A stretch of 64,000 nucleotides of DNA from Monocercomonoides exilis PA203 (Eukaryota > Protista > Preaxostyla): assembly GCA_001643675.2 (NCBI GenBank), contig LSRY02000007.1, positions 310,001 to 374,000 of the forward strand. Direction: 5' to 3'. Positions 23,860 through 35,472 of the stretch are shown piece after piece (the first letter of the stretch is position 1; each line of letters starts with the position of its first letter). The notes under the pieces are model-generated. The model saw only the letters and a program-made list of their open reading frames with translations. It was not told the origin of the DNA and did not search any database. Both the position numbers and the translations under genes were made by a program.

Positions 23860-26800
23860 TCATTTGTTCATGCTTTCAATCAGCTTTCTTGCCTCAGCTG
23901 ACACACTCAACTCCTCATCCTCTGACAACTCGTTGTATCCAATCGCATCGGACATCGTAACGATCACTGTGCCTGGAGGGAAGTGCTGGATGAACTCTCT
24001 TTTCAGCACATTCAGCTCCACACGCTCGCACCCTCTCTCCGACACGCAGCTCTTCACAACTGCCTCAAATGTGTTCCCTGAAACCCCCTTCATGTCTGGC
24101 CTCTCCCCATTCACTATCTTCTGTCCAGCCACCACTGCCTCGTATTCTCCAAATGGGATCTGCAGGGTCAGGCACTCCCACAGCATCATCCCAATCGAGA
24201 ATGAAACTGACTCCTTTGTTGCCCCCATCTTCTTGTTCATCTGCAGCTCGGGTGCCTTCCACCTCAGACACTCCTTCCTGTTGTCATCCTCATCCTCAAA
24301 GGCTGATGAAGGTGGTGGTGAACCTCGACCATTCCTGTTGGCAGTTGAGAAGTCAGAGGAAGATGTGATGATGGTGGAGGCGGAGGAGATGGATGAGGAA
24401 TCTGAATCATCTGAAGAGAAGTCGGAATGCTTGGCAATGCAGATCACCATGTGCTCTGAGAACAGCACAATGTGCGGACTCAGATTGGCAAGGGAGGTCA
24501 GCTCGTCTTCTTCATTCTCAAGTGAGTGAAGTGCCCCATTCGCCACCCAGAACAAGACCTGGGCAGCTGTGTGTTCTCTCTCCTGCAGAGTGCCAATCGC
24601 CATTTCTTTCTTCTCATTCCTTCCGTGCAACAGCATGAACAGCGAATCCCTCAAGTCCACAATCAGCTTTTCAAACACTGATGAACAGGCTATTGCATCC
24701 ACCAGATTCGACATCGATGAGGTGGTTGGACACAGACTCTCTGGTCGAACAAATGTTGAATCTGAATCAGTGGTTGAAGTGGATGAAATCGATGGCGATG
24801 GCGTTCTCTTTCTGGACTCTTCCTCTTTCTCATCAACCTTCTCCAGCATCCATTCTGGGATCTTGTCTGAATCCCTTCCAAGGATGTATTCAGTTGAGCC
24901 ACTCTCAGAAAGAAGATGCTCTGATGACTCTGAATGTCCCAAGCTATTCTCATACACCCTCTTCTTTATCCTCTCTTCATTTTTCTTCTCAGCCTCCCTC
25001 TCTGCTCTCCTCCACTGCTCCTCAGGTGACATCTCCATCGTTACCATCTCAAATGCTTTTGGATCCTTCTTCACTGTGTCATTCACAATCTCCTCCAATT
25101 CCCTTGATCTTCTCTTTTGCTTTCTCCATCGAACAACAAATAGAATAAATCCTATGAGAACTATCAAAAACAAAGCAGCCAGAACAACAACAATGATTGG
25201 CCATATTGATTTCCCTTCTTTTCCTCCTTCAACAATTCTTTCATCCCCTTTTGATTCTGGGACACTCCTGTTCTTCAGAATGAATGATTCAGTTGCTGAA
25301 TGTGAAGTTAGATTACCAAACAGAATGCACACTCTCACTTCTGCTCCACTTGCCGCTCCTTCAATTGTTTCCGCAGGAACAGACCCATGAACCTCATCTT
25401 CTGAAATGAAACCTCTTTCATCAAACAAATGCTTCTCAACCACCTCTTCATCTCCTTCTGCTGCAACTGTTTCGAATGAGAGATTGCAAGGGAGGAGCAG
25501 TGATCCTCTGAACACAAGATTCACCTTCTCCCCTGACTTTTCAGCTGACACACTCTCCACCTTCGGGATGAAAAAGGGAGATGCCCTTTCTCCTGCAATC
25601 CCTTCCAATGAGCATCCTCCATCCAATATCCAAAGTGAGGAATTATCTTTCACTCCATCACCCCCCTTCAAACTCACAACATTCATTTGTGAAGAGCCTT
25701 CACACAGGATGTTCCTTCTTGCTGATGGATAATTCTGAATCGATGGATTGTTTCCCTCAAATTTTCCTTCAGATATCTCAACACTTCCACCTGACAATGA
25801 AAGTCCTCCTTTCTTCGAGTTGCTGATTGTGGTGTCTTTCATTGTCACATTGCTTGATTTCACACCCACAACCGATCCATTCCAACCACACAATGGGTTA
25901 TTCCCTTTGTCATTTTCTTCTTTATCTTCTCCCAAATCGTTATTCTTCTGATGGATGACTGGCTCATCCATTGCTTTGCCATCAAACAAACAGGAAACAA
26001 CAGACACATCTGAACTGTCTAAAACAGACAACTGGCTTCCTTTCTCAGCTGAAAGCATACAATAAGAAAATGAGCAGTTGATCAGATTCACATTTGTCTT
26101 GCTCCTCTCAATTCTCACAATGCTCCTGTTGTTATTGTTGTTCTCATTTGATGAAATATTCTCAAAAACTGCTGCAGATATTCTGAGACTCCCCATTTCT
26201 TCATCATTATTTCTTCCATTTCCATTCATATTCAGCTCTTCCTTGTTCGTTGAGATCAGACAGCCATTGCTCAATGAGATGTTGGAACAGTTCATTTTTT
26301 CAATTGAGGCAGTTACACTCACTCCAATTGCAACAACATCTGCTGTCGATGTGAGAGACTCCAGAGTCATTTGGGAAAGCACAATTTCAGATTCATCTGA
26401 AAACAAAAGCAAGGGTTTTGCAAAAGACAGCCAGCTGAATGATGTCTCACTCATCTTCAGAACTCCTCCCCAAACAGCCATCACATGCGAATCCAGCTCC
26501 AACAAGGCATCGGCTGCTGTGAATGTGCACTGAAACACTTCCAACGATCCATGAGATTCAGCGAATACTGCTGAGTGTGCTGCCTCAAACGAAGAGGCAA
26601 ATGATATCAGGCAGTTGCGAAGTGTGCAATCCTCCTCAAACAGAACCACACTCTGGGCACCTCCAGTGTGGGGAATGGTTGTGCTCAGCTGGATTGTTGC
26701 CTGCTGCTTTGTTGAAGGCAGGATGGACAGCCCATGCACAGTTGTCTCTGAGAGGAAGGTGGATGAGGTGTTGATGAAAATGATGTTGAGCAGTCCTGGC

Positions 26801-29800
26801 TGGATGTGGTGAACAGCAGATGAGATGCTCTGGCAGGGGTTTGTTGGCAATCCACACTGGCGAGTGTCTGCCGAATCGAGACACACAAAGATCTGGGGTG
26901 CATACAAGAATGTGATCAAGGGGATCAAGTCCACATCCTGCTCATCAGCATCACTCGCACAGATGGACTGGTTCGACTGGAGCGACTCCTGGGTGAAGTC
27001 GAGGGCAAAGAGTGTTTCGTTGATCTGCTGCTCGATCGACTGGCAGTTGATGAATATATCCTTCCCCACCAGCGCATCATTCATTGTGAATCGGATCTCT
27101 GAAATCTTCAGTGGGAGAAGCAATGAGCCATCTGGTGCTGGTGTTTGTGCTTGTGATAAGGGATCCACACAATCAAACATCATTCCGCCTCCTCTCCCAA
27201 CCACTGTCGAGCACCTGCAGAGTGTGAATGAGCATTGCCTCACCTCCACCGATGATTCCTCGATCTTCATACACATCATCAGTGCCCCTCCCCTTTCACT
27301 CGCCTCGCTCACACACCGGCTGAATGTGCACTTCTCAACAACACTCTCCACAGCATCGAACACTCCGAGGCAAAGAATGGTTGCACTGTCACCAGAGCAT
27401 GTGTTGTTGGCAAATGAGGATGACAGGATTTGGAGGGAGCAACAAGACTTGTCTGGCACTTCATTGTGAGCAGATGAATTCACAGGTGGATGAGATGGTG
27501 TTCTTTCGAATGACACAAGAGAGCACGAAGATGTCGAGACATTCGAGACTGTCATGTTGGAAAGGGTGATTGACTGAGAAGGAAGTGAAACAAGGAGAAA
27601 TGGGTGAGTGGATGAGAACGAGGACAAGGTGCAATTGTCGATCAACAAGCTTCCCTCTGAAACACTCAACAGTGTGAATGAAACAAGCTCACTGGAACTT
27701 TGAGAAGCGAAGGAGCAGTGCTTCATTTGGAGAAGCGATGAGGAAGTTGAGGATCTGATGAATGTTCTGTGATGGGCAAATGCTGTTGGGATGTGGAAGG
27801 AGAGAACCTCAAATGAAAGATGGATAGTCGAATGGATCATCCATTCTTCATTTCCAACCGAATCATCGCCCACACCAATCCCTGACTCATTGTCTTTTCC
27901 AACGAATTTCATTGAGATGTGTTCTGATTCAACAGAAGATGAAAGGGAAAGGGATGAGGAGAGTGAGGAAATGTGAGACACCGAGATGGACAATCCATCT
28001 TCATCATCATCAGAAGAACTTCCAGGGAGTGGGGTGAATCTGAGGGAGATGAGATGGGAGATAGATCTGTATGGAGAAACAGCATATCCACATCCACTGA
28101 AGTCTCCTCCTTCCTCCCCATCAACAAACCCACTCCCACTGAAGTTGCTCCACAGATACACCACAAGCGGAATCACAAACCCAACCCCTGTGCTGCCCCT
28201 CTCCCACCCACACAGCTCATCCATCGATGACTTTTCCTTCTCACTCATCTCCCAGCAGAAATGCGTGGAATCCACAACCTCATCCAGAGAGCTCCCATTC
28301 ACAAACACATTCTTCCCTTTCCAGGCACAGCACCCCACAAACTTCATATCCAGGAGAACAAACTGAGTTGCATCATTCTCCAATGATAGAAACATTCCTC
28401 CTCCACATCCATCCTCTTCTCCTTCTTCCCTCTTTCCTGCACAGCACCCTTCAAACTTCGATGATCCATTCACAACCATTTCATCATTGCCTCTCAGACA
28501 CACATGCAACCCTCCCCCTTTTGCTCTGCTTCCCTTTGCCCAACATCCATTCAATGTGCAGTTGTCAATTATCAGCTTTTTCTTTTCTGATTCATGGGCA
28601 TTTGACTCATCCCCAGCACAAACACAAACACAAGCTCCATCTCCATTTTCTTTTGTGATTCCCTCAAAAACACACTCAACACAATTCAATACAAAACTGC
28701 TCCCCTTCCCTTCAATCAACGAATGGGCTGAAAACATCATTGCTCCTTTTGTCTCAAACATTTCCATCTTCAACTCCCCTCCAACCACACTCACAAAGCA
28801 GAATCCAATCTCACTCCCTGACTCAGATGATGAATTCATTGATGAGCAGTTCGAAAGAGTGAGAGAGGAAGTGGAAGCGGGGAGTATGATGAAAGAGTGG
28901 GCATCTGAGAGAGAAGAAGGAAGGGAGAAGCAGATGTTGTATATTGAGCATTCTGTGGAAACACTCACCAGCCATTGGTTGGAGATCTCTGCTTGTGGTG
29001 CATGCACATCAACAGCCATTCCCTTTTCCTCACATGAGATGTTCCAAACTGGTCCGTCCATCATCATCTCCTCATCCAGCTCATATCCCTCTCCAACAAC
29101 AATCTGCCTTTGTGATGAGCCAAATCTGAGCTGAGCTGCATGCATTATTGTCTGACATGGGAAATCGCTGAATCCACAAAAACAAGAATCAAAAACCCAG
29201 TTTCCTTCAGTTCCTCCAACATGTGCTGGTGGTTGGAATGACTCCAAAAATACATTCAACGGAAACATTCCCATTTCACTCCGAATTCTATCAAAGCCCA
29301 TCAACTCTTCAAATCCCAGCCTATTCAGTGAAACACAAATCTTCTCCAAATTGATTGTCTCGCCATTCATGTTGCTCCCATTCACAAAGATATCTCTTCC
29401 TCCCTCTCCTGCCTCACAATCCACAAAACTCACTGATGAAATCACAAATTCTGCTGCCCTATCCCCCAGCCAAAGATACAATCCTCCTCCACACTTGCTG
29501 CACGAACACGAGTTGAGTGTGGTTGGAAGCGAGGAAGATCCCATTCTGAAGGTGCTGGTTGATGATTTCATGTCAACTCTGATCCCTCCTCCACTCCCAC
29601 TCGAACACTCACAGTTCTCGATTGTTGTGTTCCACAGACAAAATGACTCTCCCTCACTGATTGTCTTTGACACCACTGCTCCATCTCCTTCTGTTTTTGT
29701 CACATGTGAAAAGTTGGAATTGGCAACAAAGGATTCATCACTGTTTAGAAGAGAAGAAGATGAAGACAGCAACAACAATGAAGCAGAAGAGGTTTCTTGA

Positions 29801-32067
29801 AAGAGACTGGCCTTGGACAACACATTCTCGACAATACAATCAGTCATTCGAAAGTTGGCAAAATTCACCTCAAACAAACTGTTCAAACATTCTTTTGAGG
29901 GGAGGCCTTCCTGATTCAATGGGGTGCTGATGACAAGCTCTTGGAGAAATAATTGAGAATTTGAGGAGCTCAGTCGGATCAATCTTGAACTTTCATGTGA
30001 GTCAAACACAATGCTCAAAGATGACAGTTTGCATATTCCATCATCCACACTCAGAAACACTTTGTCTGCTCCAACCTGGACTGGACTCAGTTGAGTCAGA
30101 TCCTTTCCTCTCCCTTGAATAGAAATTCTCTTCCCAAACACAACATATCCATTTAATTCGACCATTTCATATATTCCCTCGATCAGCATGATTCTGCATC
30201 TGCTCTTTGTTAATTCATTTTCAAGTGTGAATTTCAACGAATTGCAACCATCCTCAACTGTCAACCCACAGAGCGCATTGTTGTTTCCTCCATCTGGAAT
30301 GACATATCTCACAAGAAATCCATTTGGCATCCACTCATTCTTTGTTCCTTGTGAGGAACTCACACATCGACTCTCACCATTTGATAATGAATAACATTCA
30401 ACAAATGGGCTTTCTTTTATCTTTTCATCAGGATCGTGAAAATAGACATCTGATGCCCGTGGCGCAGAATTGTTGAAGAAGAAGCAATAGTAACAAAATT
30501 TGGGATTCATTTCAAAAGAGCTTGTGTTCATCCAAATTCCTCCTCCATATGAAGTATTTGCAGAACAATTTTGAAATATGCATTCACTCATAATGAAAAA
30601 GTTTGGAGCATTTTTATCAATACCTAGTCCACCTCCAAAATTGTTTTCAGCAGTTTCATTGACAAAAGAAATATTCATTAAAAGGATTGGTGATCCATTT
30701 TCAAGAGAATTAAAATTGCATTCAGTTGATGTTGAAGTTCCTCTGAAATTTAAGTAAAATGCACCTCCATACCATGATGTGTGTCCATTTTTTGCAATCG
30801 AATGGACAATATCATAACATTGTGATTTATCGACAAAGATTGAACCTCCATGAGAGCCTGAATTTTCATTGTTTCTTTTTCCAATGCAATGATCGAATGT
30901 GCAGTTCCCAATTCTTGTGCTCAAAGAATCAAAAACGCAAATTCCTCCTCCCCATCTGCTGCAGGAACAATTCTGAATTTTAAAAAAAAAACAAAAATAA
31001 AAGAGAAAAAATAAAAATAAAAAATAAAAAATATCAATAACATTATTATTTTATGATTGAAAACAAAAAAGGAATCAAACCAAGAAAATGCAACTCATGA
31101 CATTCAACGAAGACAAAGGTCCATTGAACAAGATGGCTCCTCCACAAGTGTGAAATCCCTCATCTATTGCGGAATAATCAGTGACATGCTGATCAACAAA
31201 TTCTGTGTATTCAAAGCTCCAATCCTCTTTGAGTTCCACTCTCGAGCCATTGTTCATTGTTCTGGCACAATGCATCACACTTGTGTTGAAAATATTCAAA
31301 GCATGATTGCTGTCTCCAATTCCTCCATAAAACACGTTTTCAACACCATGCAATTCACATCCAGAAATGATGAATGCTCCGTTTCCTTTTTGAAGCTCTG
31401 ATGTTTCTGAACATAATGGATCCTTCTTTTGAGTGGAAGAAATGTTCGAGAAGGCACATTTGGCAATGTTCAAAGAAGATGAATGTGAGGATTCAATAAT
31501 CGGAGCCTTTTCAAATACAAGATCATTAAATGCTGAAGATGACAATGAGATTGCTTCAAAATCATTCCCAATCCATCTCTTTTTGGATAAATGCTCAGAA
31601 ACAACCAATTGTGGCATTCGATTGCTTTGACATTTTGTGTTCAATGATATGTTGTTGAACAGTACACTTCCATGGGCAATTCTGAACAGACCATTTGTTT
31701 TCTCATCATTGCACAATATCTCACATCCAAGAACAATCACATTGGATAAAGTGCCATCAACAATACTTGTTTCTCCTCTTGTTTGGAACTGCAACTTTGA
31801 GAATGTTATGGAAGTGTTCATCAATGAAAACGAAGTTTTCAAACAAGAAAAGTCCAATATTCTATCATCTCGATAATAAGTGTATCGATCTTCAATGTTG
31901 TTGTTATGTGAAATACTCGATTTTTGATTGGAAAATGAATATTCATTATTTTTGGAGAATCCGAAAAGAAATGATTCTCCATTTGTATTTCTCAAAGAAT
32001 TGTCTTCAAAAGCATTGATATTCAAGTGAAAACTCAGAATTGCAACAAGATGAATGATTGGCAGCAT
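23860..32067 (-). CDS. Giant type I membrane protein (~2700 aa): beta-helix-like ectodomain, one TM, cytoplasmic kinase-like (pseudokinase) C-lobe
   Basis: ATG 32067 with signal-like MLPIIHLVAILSFHLNINA. One intron, 31080-30973, joins the two ORFs in frame. GGA/GGG(I/L) and FxxC/N repeats, CGxxxxPCxSI motifs, TM WPIIVVVLAALFLIVLIGFILFVV, then RWKAPEL...SFSIGMMLWECLTLQIPF...GERP. Confidence 0.85.
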
Positions 32068-32203
32068 GCAGGAATAAATTTTGATTTTTCCTGCGCTTTT
32101 GTTTTTCATAAATATGGGTGTCAATGATCGTCACGAAATTGAAAATGATTTGTTCAATGATTGGCTAATGATGTTTATTACACACTTTCAACTGAAAGAT
32201 AAC

Positions 32204-32601
32204 GGAAAGATTGCACATATGCGGACCCTTTTGATCATAGAACCATAATAATATTCATAGGGTTTAAATGAATTCTTTTTCTGTTTTTGTAGTTGTTTTA
32301 GGGTTAGGGTTATCATAAAAATCTTCTTTAAAAAGTTGTTTTAGGTTGTAGGGTTGCGTCTCGAATCTTCTTTTTAGGGTTTTGATGAGAAAAGTGAGTT
32401 TTTTAATAGAACAAATTTTTAGGGTTAGGGATATAGATAAAAGAATAAGTGAAAATAGAACCCTTTGGGGTGCAGAAATAGCACAACAGGTTAGGGTGTT
32501 GGAACGGGAAGAGAAGGATGCGGGTTCGATTCCTTCCGCATTCTTCTTTTTTTTGCAAAAATTTTCAAAAATTATGAGGTCCGCATATGTGCATTCTTGC
32601 C
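32204..32601. mobile_element. Merlin-like non-autonomous TIR element (398 bp)
   Basis: 24-bp TIRs at 32204-32227 and 32578-32601 (22/24 identical, inner 16 bp perfect), starting GGAAA/GGCAA. Perfect 8-bp TSD AAGATAAC at 32196-32203 and 32602-32609. Superfamily assignment is inferred from the termini and TSD length. Confidence 0.8.
32472..32554 (+). ncRNA. tRNA-derived Pol III-like unit (pseudo-tRNA or SINE head) inside the MITE
   Basis: A-box-like TAGCACAACAGG (32479-32490) and B-box GGTTCGATTCC (32523-32533) at canonical tRNA spacing, followed by T8 (32547-32554). Acceptor and anticodon stems do not pair. Confidence 0.5.
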
Positions 32602-33989
32602 AAGATAACAACAAAAAATGTTGATATTGATATACTAATTCGAAAATTATTTCGATTCAGTTACAAACGAATTTCATTAGAATTATTTGATTGTTTTTTG
32701 TTGCAATTATTTCAATCATGAATCAAAATGAATACTCACAAGGTTTTTTTTTGAGTGTTTCTCTTCAGTGATATTTGAATCTCCTTGTTCTTGTTGAGTA
32801 ATTCATCTTCAAAAAGCTGCATATTAAATATTATTAAAGCTCAAACAGTATTTTTTTGAAAACGATGATCCCATTTGGATTCCCAAATATAATGATCCAC
32901 TTCTCACATTCGTGCGATAAATTTGACAGAGATGATTCAATGAATGTCATCCTTTTAGGAATTGAAGATGAAAAATGAAAACGATATCTTTCAAATCGAT
33001 GAGGAAATAATAAATGCAATTTTTCAGGTCATAATAGAGTAATTCCTTTGATAATTCATTTGCCAATTTTTTCCAGTTCAATTGTCATGCAAGTGTGAAT
33101 TTGTTATTTTTTTATCAAGTGGAATAAGAAGAAGATAATTGTTAAAGCTCAAAATGATGACGTCTGGATTGTTTTGAGTTTGAACTCTAAAATAGAGATA
33201 TAGGTGTGTGAATGGTTGAATGATGATTGAATATTGTTTGTTTGATTTGCAATTTTTGAATTTCTGAAGACTGATAACCTTTGTGAATATTGTTCTGAAT
33301 GGATCGAATGCAGCAATGAACAAAACAAATTAAATTGATATTCTTTTCAACTTTGGGAAAATGGTGAGAGAAGACAGATGATCTTTGAAGATCAGAAAGA
33401 ATGGAAGAATTGGAAAAGAGAGGTTTGACGACTTCGCAAAATTTGATAACTGATCAAAGAGATCATTTTTTCCAAAAACTCTGAAATTAACGCATTTAGA
33501 TGCGAGAAGCGCGTCCGAAGGAATGACCTTAGAATCCACTGCAAAACTGTTGAAAACGGAAAGAATTAAGAAAGAATCACGGAAATTAAAAAACTGAAAT
33601 TAGAACAGTTAACAAATACTTTGATCATTCAAGCCACGCTCAACTTTTCCTGCTCCAGATTTCTTCACTTCTAAATATGTTATTTTGATATGCATGCATT
33701 TCATAACATCTACGATTAGAATATATGTGAAATCCACTCTCATGTGATTTCTGATTTAAACGAGTCTCAGAAAACGAACCGATGAAGGAAAGTGATTTAG
33801 AGGAAATTCTTATTTGAAGGAAAATTCTATGAAGCAGCAGAATTAACAGCAGATATGTGATTATTGATCCATCAAAAGTGTTTTTGAAGCAATTTTTTCT
33901 ATTTTGTGTTTGTGCTTTCTCTTCAAATATCTTCGACTTTGCCTTCATTTGCACATAAATTCGCTATTTCTCTGCACATTCAATATTAT

Positions 33990-34780
33990 TTGCCAATGTT
34001 CTTCACCTTCTTCAGAAGCCTCATCGCATTGTGTGTGCTCTTTCAGGGCATCTTTGATGGCTAACAATTCACTTCCTTGAAGCCAAGAATGCTTTCCACA
34101 TATTCATTGTCAGCTGTATGCCTATCGATAAACATGAATAAATCGACATTCCAATCGCCGAATGCTTCTGTTCTATCATGTCCAACAGCCGAGTTGTCTT
34201 TCTGAGTGATGCTTCTCATGAAGGCGAACAAGTGTTCTTTCACAGAAGCGACAAATGAATCGCAGATGAAATACACATCTCTTCCGACACTGGCCTTGTT
34301 GGCTGAAAACACAATATTGGTGATAAAAAAGGAGGATTCTGACACTTGTGAGCCATGATTGTACTCAATCATGAGAGCACCGCCTCTTCCTCCAGAATTT
34401 GTATCCTCGCTCACAGAGCAGCTGGAGAAATTTGTGTTCCTCACCGAAAACGAGTTGGCAGGGGCAGATGAGGCGAATGAGATGCATCCGCCATTTGTGG
34501 CAGTCTGTTGGCTCAACTGTTCTGAGTTGATGTTTGTGATGGTGCAGTTGGTGATGGCGAGGGAGAGGGCAGGGGAGGTGGCAGAGGAGAGGAAACAACT
34601 GGCGGGTGAGGCTATGGAGGTAATATCGGTGATGCTGGAGGAGTTGAGGGCAAGGGAGCTAGCAGTGAGGAAGAAGAGGGGTGTGGAGATTGATTTTAAC
34701 GCAGAACCGTAAATTGTTGTTATGTGGAGTTTAAGGGAGAAGATGAGAGGATTGATCTTTTTATTGTCAGAAAAATAATT
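33990..34780 (-). pseudogene. Fragment of the beta-helix surface-protein family
   Basis: NGGCISF, GGRGGALMI and FSANKASVGRDVYFIC match the neighbouring family. The CG..PC motif has decayed to C*PSKMP*KS. No start codon, TM or upstream continuity. Confidence 0.7.
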
Positions 34781-35472
34781 ATTGGCTTTAAGTTGCTTCA
34801 GTCATCATTTCGTCAAAACGTAATTTTCAAACAGAAAAACAAAAGACGAGCGAATACGAGCCAACATGGATATTTCTAGGCTGAAGCTTACAAGCTTGAC
34901 TGCTGAGGATTTGAAGAATAATGATTTGTCATTAACTTTCACATTTCTGAATGTTTTGCAAAGCTGTCTCCTTTTTGTTCTTGGTAATTTTCGCTTTTTG
35001 TTCACATATGTAATTGACAATTAGAAACAAAAAGAATTCTTTTCTAATTAAAGATAAACAATGAATAAAATTCATTCTTCGAAAATAAATTTTATAATTA
35101 AGGTTGCCTTTGATTCTTAATTTTTTTATCACTGTTGAAAAAGAAGTGCTTTTGTTTTGAAAATGAAGTATCAAATAAAAAATAAAAAATAAATAAATAA
35201 ATAAAATAAACAACATTTTAAACAATGCAGATATTTAACTTTAGCACAACATGTATAAAAGAATTGCTTTCTTATTAAAAAACACAATGCAATGAATCTT
35301 CTCAACTTAATTTTACAATTTCTTTTTTGTCAAATGTAGAATTATTACATTAACGAAGTTGAATCAAGCTTTTGTTTTCAAATGTCATTGCAACATGCTT
35401 TGCTTTTTTCTTAGAGATCAGTGACAGACAATGTATGCTTAAGAGCAATGTTTATGTGTGTTTTGATTGGGT

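Noticed and set aside
32296-32312. Telomerase RNA template or chromosome end
   Set aside because: Repeats are short, scattered and enclosed by TIRs and a TSD; no other support.
32472-32545. Functional tRNA gene
   Set aside because: Acceptor and anticodon stems do not pair; kept only as a tRNA-derived Pol III-like unit.
32750-33960. Coding-like fragments between the MITE and the surface pseudogene
   Set aside because: Stops in all frames examined and no identifiable family.
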